64,000 nt of DNA from Blastocladiella emersonii ATCC 22665 (GCA_025594325.1 JANHCV010000002.1:806001-870000); one strand, 5' to 3'; positions 21,492 to 33,408 are shown, counted from the stretch's first letter. The notes: generated from the letters alone by a model not told the origin. Translations and numbers: made by a program.

Positions 21492-22392
21492 TCAAATGAA
21501 ATCAAACGAGATCGAGGCCTCGCGCGGAGCCAGAGCCCTCACGCGATGCTGCGTCGCTGAGGACACAGTGTTGCCAGCAAGCTCGAGAAGTTTGAGGGAA
21601 TCAGGGAGCTGACTCGCGAGCAGGATGATTGCCTCGTCCTCCAAGTTGGGAAGCATCAAGATCAGTTGCTCAAGTTGCTTTGGCATGTGCTGGGCGAGCA
21701 GATGAGCGCCCTTGGACCCGATGAGGTTGCCGCTGAGATCAAGAACACGTAGCGATGATGGTAGCTGGGGCAAAAGGACAACAAGATCGCTGTCCTTGAG
21801 ATGTGCACTGCGGACAACGAACTTGATAAGCGTGGAGGGAAGCGCATTCGCAATAGACCGGATTCCTTGCCCGCTCAAGTAGTTGTGAGACATTGTCGGG
21901 GTAAGCAGCGCTGCAGGAAGTTGCAGCGAGCAGTTGGAGGCCTGGCCGAATCCGATGCGGCAGTTATCAAGATGGAGCTCTTGGAGATGCGAGATCAAAC
22001 TGTCCAGGTGCTAGCCCCAGCGCAGCAAGGCTGCCCGCATGAAAACAGTGAGCGGCAGCCGGGGGAACATCTCGCCCACGAAACCACTCGAGGGCTGCAA
22101 GCTTCTTCTCCAGAGCAGCAGCTTCGAGACCGTCCATCGTGACTGTCGTCGACAGGCCGAGCTCGAGTCGCCGTTCAAGGACATCCACGCGTCCGGCGGC
22201 ACACGCTGCGTCGACCGAGAACCTCGGCAACCAATCAAGGATAGCGCGCTGAACGCCGGGAGCGCCAGCGTGGCGTAAGACGCGGGCATAATGCAAAATG
22301 GAGGTATCGCTGAGATCCTCGTGCAAGTAGACGGCGCGGACGAGAATCTCCTCGAGGATGTGTGAGACGCTCTTCCAAGCTAATTGCGTCAT
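21492..22392 (-). pseudogene. Internally deleted, frameshifted paralog of the ankyrin-like/LRR gene
   Basis: The N-terminus aligns by eye with 20005-19577 (YARVLRHAGAPGVQRAILD; FSVDAACAAGRVDVLERRL) and the translation-start context is shared. After ALGLAPG it jumps out of frame into late LRRs, and the intron plus roughly half of the LRR region are missing. Confidence 0.75.
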
Positions 22393-22623
22393 GTTACATT
22401 CGCTATACATGAGCCGTTGGTGCTGAGGAGAGAGTGAAGCAACGATGTGGCCAACTAGAGGCTCTCCGGCTCAAGGCAGCGAGGCGCATGAGGAAATGAG
22501 TCGCGCATGCACGTCAGCTGATTTCCCGACACGTCCCTCGATGCGTCTCGCGGGCACGCGTCTCACGACAGCAACCAGCGAAGCAAAAGGTGGTATTCTA
22601 TGTAGACTCTCGGAAACACTCTC

Positions 22624-23547
22624 CTACGCGGGCATGCGCGATCCGTACTCCTTGCGCTTGACGACGCGGAACCCGCGGAACGCCCAGAGGCCGGCCGTGA
22701 ACACGCCGAGGATCACCGCGAGCCCGAGGACGGCGGGGCCGAGCACGTCGACGTTCTTGTTGACGGCGTAGTTGGCGACGAGGGTCCAGGTGCCGACGCC
22801 CGTGATGATGGGGTCCTGCGCCCACAGGGCGAGCCAGATCTCGCCGACGCCGAGCAGGACGAGTCCGGCTACCGTCTGCGGGATCACATCGCTCGTGCGC
22901 GCCGACGACACGGCCCACAGGTTGACGAGGCACGCACCCATGAGCCAGGCCGTGTAGAAGGAGAAGCCGACGTGCACGCAGACGTACTCGAGCCACGAGC
23001 ACGACGCGCCGCGGTGGCGCAGCTTGAGGCGGGCGTAGATGATGAGGTTGGTGGCGAGGATGGCCGTGATCAGGACCACCGACAGGGGCTTCTGGCCGTA
23101 CGCCCACAGCACGATCCAGCTCATGTTGAGCGCCGCGTTGACGGGGAACACCCACCCGACCGCGTCGTTGAGCATCGCCGAGTCGTACGACCGCGGCAGG
23201 ATCTGGTAGATGCCCCACGCCGCGAGGAACATGTAGATGATGCCCCAGATACCTGTGAGTGTGCGTTAGTAGCCCGTACGTTACGCAAGGCTCAGCAGAG
23301 AGGGCGTACTGAAGGCGTAGCCCGCGGGCACAAAGTAGTTGGGCAGTGCGTCCGACACCTCGTTGGTGCGGACGCCGTTGTAGAGCGTCGTGTTGGCGAG
23401 CCCGTTGACGACGAACACGGCGATGAGCATGACGAGGTTGACGACGCGGATGAGCGGCGCGCCGAACACCCGCGGCAACCGGTCTTCGAACGACTTGGAC
23501 GAGTCCATCTTCACAGGTTCAGGGTGGATAGGTGGTTGTTGCGACAT
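22624..23547 (-). CDS. TspO/MBR-like (tryptophan-rich sensory protein-like) multi-pass membrane protein
   Basis: Motif VSDALPNYFVPAGYAFSIWGIIY after splicing of intron 23309-23253; many hydrophobic, Trp-rich helices. Confidence 0.7.
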
Positions 23548-24004
23548 GAGCGAGCGAGCGGTCCTCGGTTGAGAGGGAGCGCCGCGGTCTTTATAGCTCA
23601 GCGCAAGGTCACAGTCAGCGAGCGCTAGGGTTCTGGGCGGCAGTGGTGGCCGCGGCGGCCATCGTAGCGCTGCACGCTTCGGGTGCCAGGGGGCGCGGCG
23701 CGCGACGCGAACACGACGCGAAAATGTCTCGCGGGCGCGGCGCGAGACAGCGGCCTTGGTCAGCGGCCTGCATCCGAGCGCCCGCTCGATCGCGATGGCC
23801 GCCGCCACAGAGCCGCCACAGCCACAGCGGGCTGCAGCCGGCCGGAAAAACCGTGGCCGAGGGTTCTCTGCTCAGAAATCGATCTCGGCGTTGGTCGTCG
23901 TCAAAAAGGAGCTCTCTCGACTCGCGCTTCATCCTATTCATCATGTCCCTCCTCCTCCTCCTCCTCATTCGGATCGGTCAATACATCATACACTTGATCT
24001 CACA

Positions 24005-27000
24005 CTACTTCCCGCCGCCGCTGCTACCGCCCGCGCGCGGCCCCATAAAGTCGCGGAGCACGTCGGCCATGGCGCGGCGCGCGAGTTCGTGGAGCTCGGG
24101 CGACACGCTGGGCAGGCCGCCGGCGTCGCGGGCCGTGGCGAAGAGCTGGGCGCCGTCGAGGATGAGCTCGGTCGTCGGGTACGCGTTGCCGGCAGAGGCG
24201 GCCGCGGCGCGGAACAGGTCCTGGTCAGACCCGGTCGCGGCCGCCGCGAGGTTGGCGATCATGGCCTGCAGCTGGCCCGCCGCCGCGCTGTTGGTGGCGG
24301 TGGTGGTGCCGGTCCCGGCGGTCCCGCGGCCGGGGTTGGCGTTGACCGCGTGGAGCAGGTCCGCCGCCATGACCTCGCCCGTGGCGGACGCCGAAAGCCC
24401 GAGGAGCATGGCGGCGCCGCCGGCCGAAAACGCCGGGTCGCTGGCGAACCCGCGCGCCGCCGCGTCGAGGTCGGCGTACACTTGGTTCGCCGTGATCGTC
24501 GCGCCGTTGCTGCCGGTCCCGGCGGCACCGTTCCCGTTACCCGTGGCGAGCGGGAGCGGGACCGACGTGACGAGCGCGTTCCACGCTTGCCCGGACGCGA
24601 CGTGGCCCGTGGCGCCGGTCGCCGAGAGACCCTTGGCGGCGGCCGTCGACCCGGGCTTGCCCGACGAGGTCAGCGACACGGTGGTGCCCGCAATGCGCTG
24701 CGCGAGCGACTCGAGCATCGACACGATGCCCTCGGGGACGTCATCCGAAATCTCGAACGTGGCGCTGCCCGTGAACGTCGCGGTCGCAGTAGTCGCCGTC
24801 GCCGTCGTCGCGCCGCCACCCGACGTGGCGGCGGGATCGCGGCGCCGGTTGCTCCCGTTCGACGCCGCCACGGGGATCTGGGTGGCGATCAGGTGCCGCC
24901 CGTCGCGGTCGTTCTGCGCCGCGGCGATGCGGATCGACGACGCCTTGAGCTCCTCCATGGCGGCCTGGATGCGGTCCATGAACGCGGGGTCGTTGACGTC
25001 GCCGCTGATAGTCCCGAACGACGCCGACGACGACGAAGGCTGCTGGCCGGACGTAGCGGGGCGCGCTGCAGCGGCGGCAGCAGCCGCGTCGGCGGCCTCC
25101 TGCCGTTCGAGCTGCCGCTGCGCCTCGCACTCGCCGCACGGGCACTCGGACGACTTGCGCAGGTCGACGGTCGAGGCCGCAGCGGGCGCGGCGGCGGCCG
25201 TCGCCGCCGTCGGGGTGACGGGCCGGGTGGGCGCCGTGTGGAAGTCGGCGGGGACGGCGGCGGCCTTGGCGCCGTTGACGGCGGGCGTCACGGTCGCGTT
25301 GGGCGTCGACAGGTTGCCGAACACGACGCCGTCCGAGTTGTACTGGTCGGGCAGCGGCGGCACGGCCGCGTACGTGTCCTTGAACGAGCGCCACGCCGTG
25401 TCGAGGGCCGACGCGTCGGACCCGTTGGCGGCGGTGACGGCGGGCACGCCGTTGACCGAAGACGACGGAGCGAGCTGATCGCCGCCGCCGTACGCACCGG
25501 GCTCGTCGTCGGCGTACTCCTCTTCCTCGTCTTCCTCATCTTCGTCGTCGTCGTAGTGCTCCTCGCCGACACGGCGGTCGAGCTCGGCGGCGGCAGCCGT
25601 GAGGCGAACCGCGGCAGCGGCCATCTGGCGGCAGTGCTCGCACGGGGTGCCATCGGCGTGCGTGGCGCCGTCGGGGTGGGCGACGGCGGACCAGGCGGGC
25701 GGGTTGTCGGCCGCGGCGTGCGAGTGATGATGGTGATGCGGATCGTGCGCGGCCGCGTGGTGGTGGTGCGGGTGGTGGTGGGCGTGGTCGGGGAGATCGC
25801 CGCCCTGGTCGTGCGAGCACCCGAGGCAGGTGATGCGACCGGCGGCGTCGGACTGGTGGTCGGCGGCCTTGACGTTGGGCGGGTCGTCGAGGGGGACGGC
25901 GGGCGGGTCGAGGAACGAGTCGGCGCACTCGAGGCAGACGAACTGGTCGCACCCGTTGCACGGGTACGCCTCCTCGACGCACTGGTCGCACAGCTCCTCG
26001 CCGCAGTCGGCGCACGTCAGCGCGTACTGGTGCACGCCGCGGCCGTCGGTCGGCGCCGCCGTCGCAAAGCACTGGGTGCAGAAAAAGTGCTTGATCTTGG
26101 CGCCGCAGTGCATGCACTCGTAGTACTCGAGCACCAGGTGGTCCTCGCACTGCACGACCGAGCATATTTTGCACTGCTTGGCCTTGGCGTCGTCCTGGTG
26201 GATGCACGCGAAGCACACGCCGCGCGGGACGATGGTGCAGCACGGCACGTCGGGCGGCAGCGCGGCAAACTCGCCAAACGCCGAGCCCGATGAGGACGAC
26301 GTGGATCCCGACGCCGTCGAGTCGGCCGACGACCCGGGTGGCTCATCGCTGCCGTCGGCGCCGGCGCCATCCGCGTAGCCGTCGTTGTAGGCGTGGCTCT
26401 GGAGCTGCGGTCGGTGGTGGCGATGGAAGGCGGGGTCGTCGAGGTGGTGGGCGTGCTTGCCGCCGTGGCCCTGGTCGCAGCGGCACGTCGAGTGAATGAC
26501 GGGGGCGACCATGTGCGGGGGCTGCGGAGCGCTGAGCGAGGAGAGGGTGACGGCGGGGTCGCGAGCGTCCTCGCCGCGGCGGCCGCGGATCGAGATGGGC
26601 GAGAGGGCGATCTCGGGGTCGACGGGGGTGCAGGGCGAGGGCGAGGCGTAGCGCTCGCCGCAGGAGCGGCACTTTGTCCACGAGAGGTACGGGGAGGGGC
26701 GGTCGAGGAGGCGGGCGGGCGAGGGCGGCAGGTGCTGGTACCGCTGGACGACGGCGTGGAGGAACGTGTTCATGCGCCGGACCCAGGCGTCGAGCAGAGC
26801 GTCGAAGGAGGGCACCTCGTACATTGGCGGGTGGCCGCGCACGACGAGGCGGACGGGGCTCTTGAGGTTGGCGTCGAGCTTCTCGTCGTCCCACTCGCTG
26901 AGGCCGCGCAGGGTCCAGTACGGGATGGAGACGACGCGGAGCGAGGGGAAGTCGTCGCTGTTGAGGATGCGGGTGAGCACCTTGGCGGGGCGGAACGAGT

Positions 27001-27550
27001 CGGGGGTGGTGGCAAAGGGCGGGAAGGCGACGTGGACGATGCGGCTCCGCAGGGCGACGGAGGCGTAGCTCAGGAAGGCGAGGTACTCGGCGCGAGTGAA
27101 GCGGGCGAGATCCAGGGTCCGCGTGTCCTTGAGCAGGCTGCTCGCGGGCGACGCCGAGGCGCGGCCGAGCGGGTCCCACAGGATGAAGGCGCCCGGGAAG
27201 ACGGTGACGCTGGACGGGGTGGGCGACAGCCACAGGCGCTCGGACGAGAAGGCGATGTGGCGCAGGACGCGGCAGCAGAAGGCGAGCGGCAGCGGCGACG
27301 GCACGGAGAGCAGGATGCGCTCAATGGCGGCGGGCGGCAGCTGCGACAGTACGATCTGGCTGCCGGGCGGGTAGGGCGACTGCGGCGGGTGCAGCGTCGT
27401 GGTCGCAGCCTTGGCCGGGGCGGCGGCAGCGGCCGCGCCCGCAGGCGGCGGAAGCTGCTGCTGCTGCTTGGGGCTCGAGCGGCCGCGCTGGGACGGCTTG
27501 GCGGCGGCATGCTTGCGCCCGCCGCGCGACCCGGTGTGCCGTTTCCCCAT
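24005..27550 (-). CDS. Hypothetical protein with F-box-like motif and multi-CxxC cysteine-rich region
   Basis: Intronless 1181-aa ORF with strong GC3 codon bias. LSQLPPAAIERILLSV...CCRVLRHI is F-box-like. About 12 CxxC pairs lie in the middle, with His-rich and acidic tracts. Confidence 0.7.
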   Translation of the reverse strand: MGKRHTGSRGGRKHAAAKPSQRGRSSPKQQQQLPPPAGAAAAAAPAKAATTTLHPPQSPYPPGSQIVLSQLPPAAIERILLSVPSPLPLAFCCRVLRHIAFSSERLWLSPTPSSVTVFPGAFILWDPLGRASASPASSLLKDTRTLDLARFTRAEYLAFLSYASVALRSRIVHVAFPPFATTPDSFRPAKVLTRILNSDDFPSLRVVSIPYWTLRGLSEWDDEKLDANLKSPVRLVVRGHPPMYEVPSFDALLDAWVRRMNTFLHAVVQRYQHLPPSPARLLDRPSPYLSWTKCRSCGERYASPSPCTPVDPEIALSPISIRGRRGEDARDPAVTLSSLSAPQPPHMVAPVIHSTCRCDQGHGGKHAHHLDDPAFHRHHRPQLQSHAYNDGYADGAGADGSDEPPGSSADSTASGSTSSSSGSAFGEFAALPPDVPCCTIVPRGVCFACIHQDDAKAKQCKICSVVQCEDHLVLEYYECMHCGAKIKHFFCTQCFATAAPTDGRGVHQYALTCADCGEELCDQCVEEAYPCNGCDQFVCLECADSFLDPPAVPLDDPPNVKAADHQSDAAGRITCLGCSHDQGGDLPDHAHHHPHHHHAAAHDPHHHHHSHAAADNPPAWSAVAHPDGATHADGTPCEHCRQMAAAAVRLTAAAAELDRRVGEEHYDDDEDEEDEEEEYADDEPGAYGGGDQLAPSSSVNGVPAVTAANGSDASALDTAWRSFKDTYAAVPPLPDQYNSDGVVFGNLSTPNATVTPAVNGAKAAAVPADFHTAPTRPVTPTAATAAAAPAAASTVDLRKSSECPCGECEAQRQLERQEAADAAAAAAAARPATSGQQPSSSSASFGTISGDVNDPAFMDRIQAAMEELKASSIRIAAAQNDRDGRHLIATQIPVAASNGSNRRRDPAATSGGGATTATATTATATFTGSATFEISDDVPEGIVSMLESLAQRIAGTTVSLTSSGKPGSTAAAKGLSATGATGHVASGQAWNALVTSVPLPLATGNGNGAAGTGSNGATITANQVYADLDAAARGFASDPAFSAGGAAMLLGLSASATGEVMAADLLHAVNANPGRGTAGTGTTTATNSAAAGQLQAMIANLAAAATGSDQDLFRAAAASAGNAYPTTELILDGAQLFATARDAGGLPSVSPELHELARRAMADVLRDFMGPRAGGSSGGGK

Positions 27551-28418
27551 GATGGCGGCGGATCACGAGCTACGGGAGCGAGAGAGCGCGGAGCGTGAGA
27601 TGAGTGCACTCGCTCATCGGCGGGCGAGCGCAGGCGGGACGGACCAGGTGGTGTCGCTGGGGCGGATCAGCGAGGCCAGAGGTCGGTGGTGATCGAGCGC
27701 GGGGCGGTGGAGCGGCCCGGTCGAAGCGTGGAAGGCGGGCGCCGTCGAGAGGGGCAGGCGGCGGCCGGCAGACAGAGTATATGCGGTGTCGGCGCGCGGG
27801 CGGGCGGCGGTGTCGATGCGTCAGAGCTCCGTTGCAGCAGGTCGCGGCGTCGCAGTGCGGACGGGGCGCGTTGCAGGGGGAGCGGCGGCGATGCGGGCGC
27901 GGTGAATGCGTCGGCGCGGGTGGGGCCGCCCGAAACGCTGAGCGCAGAACGCAGAACCGCTGGGATCCGAGCGAACGCGTCACCTGACCCGCGCAGCCCC
28001 CAACAACCGGTCAGGCGCAGCCGCGTGACCCGAACACACACCGCCGCCCGACGCGTCGCGCCATGCCGCCCATGCGCGCGCGAGGCGCCACACCATGCGA
28101 GCGCGGGCTTGGGCGCTGGGCGCCGGCGCGGTGGCACCTCATGGACTCGAACGCGGATGCAACAATACACTTACTTTTTCTTGAACACTCGCTCGCCCGT
28201 GACATCGCCCGCGACGTCCTCGCCCCGTCCCAGCTGGGCTCGGGAGTGCGCACAAGCACAGGGCTGGCCCCAGACTGGGCTTGACGGGTGGATGATTCAA
28301 CCTCACCGTGGGCATCGCCTGCGCTTCCGTACAAGGCGCCGCGATGCTCGCTTGTAAAACACGTCTGACACGGCGCGGCAGCTTGGAATCGGGCACAGCC
28401 TGCTCCGTGGCGCCGGCG

Positions 28419-28530
28419 ACGGTTGAGTCAACCGTTCCGCAACGGAACCTGCAGTGGCGCGCCGCGTCACAGCCTCCGCTGCTTGTGCCGGTGCACCGCT
28501 CCTCGACCCTCTTTGCGTTGACTCAACCGT
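28419..28530. promoter_or_regulatory. Two AP-1/Gcn4-type TGA(C/G)TCA sites upstream of the ABC transporter
   Basis: ACGGTTGAGTCAACCGT at 28419-28435 (17-bp palindrome apart from the centre base) and GTTGACTCAACCGT at 28517-28530. Confidence 0.5.
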
Positions 28531-28697
28531 CACCGGCGACACGCGCTGACACGAGCGAACCGTTGCTCCGCTAAATCGCGCACGGACTGCTACGCTTCGC
28601 ATCATCACCCGATCCTACAAATCGTTTGCGCGCCCCTCCCTGCCTTTGCTCCATCAATCTTCACTCCGCCTTGCGCTCGGCCCCTCCACTCGCGCGC

Positions 28698-31600
28698 ATG
28701 ACGGCCAACAACTCCAAGGCCGCGAACACGGCGACGCCGTCGGGCGACGACGCCATCCCGCTCGTCGACGCGAGTCGGACCGACGACAGCGCTGCTGCTC
28801 CTGCACCTTCGACACCGCAACTCGTGCCCTTCCTCGACCTCTTCCGCTACGCCGACGGTCGCGACCGCGCCATGATGGCCGTGGGCCTCGTGGGCGCTGC
28901 CGCCTACGGTACGCCTTCTACTTTCGCCGCCCCACATCCCGCCTCGCATCAACCACGGCTGATCCCCTTCCTCCTTGCCCGCTCCCAGGTTGCATCCAGC
29001 CGCTGTTCAGCGTCATGATCGGCTCCATGTCGCAGCCCTTCCTCGACTACGAGCTCGCCCGCCAGTCGGCCCGCGCCGCCGCCGCCGGTTCCATAGACCT
29101 CGACCTCGAGCTTGCCAAATCCAAGCTGCGCAACGACCTCATGCCCGCCATCTGGCTGTTCGTTGGCCTCGGTTTCGCCAGCCTCGTCGCCTCGTACCTG
29201 ATGCAGTCCATGTGGACCTACTCGGGCGAGCGCCAGGCCCGCCGTCTTCGCCGCCTCTTCCTCGCCTCGGCCCTGCGCCAGGACATGGCGTGGTTCGACA
29301 AGCACTCGCCCGGCAGCCTAACCACCCAGCTCACCAGCGACGCCATCCTGTTTCAGGAGGGCACCTCCGAGAAGGTCGGCATCGCGCTCTCGGCCATGGT
29401 CCAGTTTGCCTCCGGCGTCATCATCGCTCTCATCACCAGTACGTCCGATTTCTTCTTCTCGTCGGTGTTGATCGACGAACACTCACGGTCGTCGCTCCAG
29501 GCTGGAAGATCACCCTCGCCATCCTCGCCTGCGTCCCCTTCGTCTTCGCGAGCGCCATCAAGGTCAATGGGCTCACCGCCACCACCGCCATGGCCGCCCA
29601 GGCGTCCTACCGCGAGGCCGGCGCGCTCGCCCAGGAGGCCCTCGCCAACATTCGCGTCGTCGCCATGTTCGGCGGCCTGCAGCGCGCCCGCGCCGCCTTC
29701 AACCGTCTCGTCGACGCTCCCACCCGCCTCAGCGAGCGCACCGCGTGGTTCGGCGGCCTCGGCTTCGGCATCTTCCACGGCGCCTCCAACATCATCTACT
29801 CGATCGGGTTCATCTTCGGCGCCTACCTCGTTCGCGACGGCGCCATGACTGGCGGCCAGGTTATCGTACGTTACTCTCTCGCTTCGGACCGCACCACACT
29901 CGAGACTTGACACTCACACGCCATGCCCTCGTGCTCGTGCTCGTGCTACAGCAAACCATCTTCGCACTCATGAACGGCGTGTGGGCCATCGTCGGCCTCA
30001 GCCCGAACCTGCAGGCCATTGCCAAGGCGCGCGGCACCGCGGTCCAGCTCTTCGCCATCATCGAGAACCAGCCCACGGTCGTCGACGGCCACCTCGCCCC
30101 CGTCAAGCTCGCCGGTCGCATCGAGTTCCGCGACGTGACCTTCGCCTACCCGTCGCGCCCCGACGTCACGGTACTTAACGGCTTCAACCTCGTCGCCGAA
30201 CCCGGACAAACCATTGCTTTGGTCGGTCCGACGGGCTCGGCCAAGTCGACCTGCTTCCAGCTTCTCCTTCGGTACGCGTGGCTGCTCGGCTCGTGCTGTC
30301 GCGTTCTCGGCGATCGCTAACATGGTCGCCTCACACTCTGCAGCTTCTACGACGCGTGCGGCGGCTGCATCACCATCGACGGCGTGCCCATCAAGGACCT
30401 CTCGCTCAAGTGGCTGCGCCAGCACATTGGCATCGTCAGCCAGGATGCGGCTCTGGTACGGCCTGTTCGCCCGCTCGGATCTCACCCATTGCGCGCAGAA
30501 CGCTGACCCGTCCGACTCGCACGACTAGTTTGACGCCACCATCGCCGAAAACGTGGCGTACGGCGCGGCCGAGGGCCAGACCGTGACGCAGGCCGACATC
30601 GAGCGCGCGTGCCGCGCCGCCAACGCCCACGACTTTATCATGCAGCTCCCGCGCGGCTACGACACGCTCGTCGGCGAGGGCTCCTCGCTTATCAGCGGCG
30701 GGTACGTTTCCCCTCGCTCCTCGCACCGCTCGCGGACATCCACTAACCCGCTGAATCGACTCGCCCGATACACAGCCAGCGCCAGCGCATCGCCATCGCA
30801 CGCGCCCTCATCAAGGACCCGACCATTTTGCTGCTCGACGAGAGTACTGCGGCGCTCGACGCCGCGTCCGAGGCCGTCGTGCAGGCCGCGCTCGACGAGG
30901 CCGCCAAGGGCCGCACCACCATCGTGATCGCGCACCGCCTCGCCACCATCCGCAACGCCTCGCGCATCCACGCAGTTTCGGCCGGCCGCGTCGTCGAGTC
31001 GGGCACCCACGCCGAGCTCGTCGCCCGCAACGGCATGTACGCCGACCTCGTCGCCGCCCAGAACATCAAGCGCACCGAGCCGGTGCCCGTCGACTCGACC
31101 CCGGACGTCGTCCCCACCGCCGCCAACCCCGCCAAGGCCACCGCCACGGCCGTCACGATCGCCGCCGCCGCCGAGACCCCGAAAAAGACCAAGCTCGAGC
31201 TGCTCGCCGACCTCGAGGCCGAGGCCAAGGCGGCCGAGGACGCGCAGCTGCTCCTCAGCCAGCGCAGCATCCCGTGGACGCGCGTCGCGCAGCTGCAGGC
31301 GCCCGAGTGGTGGCTCGTGGCCATCGGGATCGTCACGGGCACCGCGACGGGTCTCGGGATGCCGTTCGTCGGTCTGCTCATCGGCGAGGCGCTCTCGGCG
31401 TACACGCTGCCCGTCGCCGACGGGTCGATGCTGCGCGAGGCGACCAAGTGGGGCTTCGTGTACGTGGCGATCGGCGTCGCGACGCTGCTCCTCACGACGG
31501 TCCAGTACGGCACGCTGGGCGTGGCGGGCGAGCGGCTCACGCGGCGCGTGCGGCAGACCATGTTCGCGTCGATGCTGCGGCAGGACGCGGCGTGGTACGA

Positions 31601-33077
31601 CGCCCCGCAGCACGGGACGGGCGTGCTGACGACGGTGCTGACCGAGGACGCGGACCGCGTGCAGTCGCTCGTGGGCCCGACGCTCGCGCACCTGCTGCGG
31701 CTCGCCGTCAGCATCGTCGCGTCCGTCGCCATCGCCTTCGTCACGTCGTGGCAGATGGCGCTCGTCGTGATGTGCACCATGCCCGTGATCGCCGCCGGCA
31801 GCTACTTCCAGGCGCGCGTGTTCCTGGGCGCGGCGGGCCGCCACCGCATGGCGTACGCGACGGCCGCGCAGGGCGCGTGCGACGCCATGGCGAACCTCGC
31901 CACGGTCAAGGCGCACACGCGCGAGCAGGATGTCGTCGACGCGTACCTGCGCAGCATCGACAAGCCGTACCGCGCCGGGATCCACGCTGCCGTGGTCGGA
32001 TCGCTCGGGTACGCGTTCGCGCAGGCGACGAGCTTCTGGAACTTCCCCGTGTGCTACTTTGCCGGGTCGCTGTTCGTCACGTCGGGCGCCGTCGAGGTCC
32101 CCGCCATGCTCAACACGCTGTGGGTGCTCATGATGGGCTCGCAGGCGTTCGTCCAGGCCGTCGCGTTCGGGCCCGACGTCCAGCGCGCTAAGCTCGCGCT
32201 GCTCCGGTACCTCGACATGGTCGACGCCACGCCGAGCATCGAGGGCGACGAATGCACGCGCGACGGCGTCCGGCCCGTCGATGTCGCGGGCGACGCGAAG
32301 CTCGACCGCGTCGAGTTCGCGTACCCGACGCGCCCCGACGCCAAGGTGCTCCGCGGGCTCGAACTCGCGATCCGCGCGGGCCAGCGGGTCGGAATCGTTG
32401 GTGGCAGCGGCGGCGGCAAGAGCTCCGTGCTAGCCCTGCTGCTGCGCCAGTACGACGTGACGTCGGGCTCCGTGTCGGTCGAGGGCGCCGACGTGCGCGC
32501 GTGGCACCTGCCGTCGCTGCGGCGCAACATGGCCGTGGTCAGCCAGTCGCCGCACCTGCTCGGCACGCTCGCGCCGACGATCGGCGACAACATCGCGTAC
32601 GGTCTGCCCGACGACGACGCACGGCGGCGCGACCCGGCGACGCTGCAGGCGGCCATCGAGGCGGCGGCCAAGGTCGCGCAGATCCACGACTTCATCGCGC
32701 AGCTCCCGCAGGGCTACGCCACGCCCGTCACGTCGTCGCAGCTGTCGGGCGGGCAGAAGCAGCGCATCGCGATTGCGCGCGCCGTGGTCCGCGGCGACCA
32801 AATCAAGTTGCTGCTGCTCGACGAAATCACGGCGGCGCTTGACGCGGCGTCCGAGCGAGCGGTCCAGATGGCGCTCGAGGCCGCGGCCGTCGGGCGCACG
32901 ACCATCATCGTTGCGCACCGCCTCGCCACGATCCAGAATTGCGACGTGATTGCGACGGTTTCGGCCGGCCAGGTCGTCCAGCTCGGCACCCACGACGAGC
33001 TCGTCCGCGACTCGAGCGGGCTGTACGCGCGCATGGTCGAGCAGCAGCGGCTCGATGGGCCCGTGTCGGTCGAGTAG
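28698..33077 (+). CDS. Full-length ABCB/MDR (P-glycoprotein-type) transporter
   Basis: TMD-NBD-TMD-NBD. Introns 28909-28988, 29439-29500, 29866-29951, 30272-30343, 30456-30528 and 30702-30775 keep the frame. NBD1 has GPTGSAKST / [15 protein letters not shown] / [11 protein letters not shown]; NBD2 has GGSGGGKSS / [14 protein letters not shown] / [11 protein letters not shown]. Confidence 0.93.
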
Positions 33078-33194
33078 TGGTGGGCGTTTCTTCTTCTAGT
33101 CTTAGCATCTATACACTGTACCCTTGGTCACCTCCACTCTCTGCGATCTTTCTTCCTTCAGTCGTGTCCGTGGCGCGAACGAGTTTGAGCGATG

Positions 33195-33213
33195 GACGCG
33201 TTGCGCCACTCAC
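33195..33213 (+). promoter_or_regulatory. Motif GACGCGTTGCGCCACTCAC downstream of the ABC transporter
   Basis: 19-bp exact match to the 17209 and 18189 repeat, about 118 bp after the stop, between convergent genes. Confidence 0.5.
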
Positions 33214-33408
33214 GCTTCTAATCGACCGCTGATATTGGCTTTCACTGACGAGCTGCCCGGCTGAAAACGAGTCATCAGGGAAGTCAAGATCTATCGTGTA
33301 TGAAATCATGCTCTGCCGTAGCAAATCGAAAAGGGGGAATGAGGAAACTCTTGAGCGGGAACGCTCGCAGCGAACGACTTGTAGCGAATGCCGAATGGCC
33401 AACAACTT

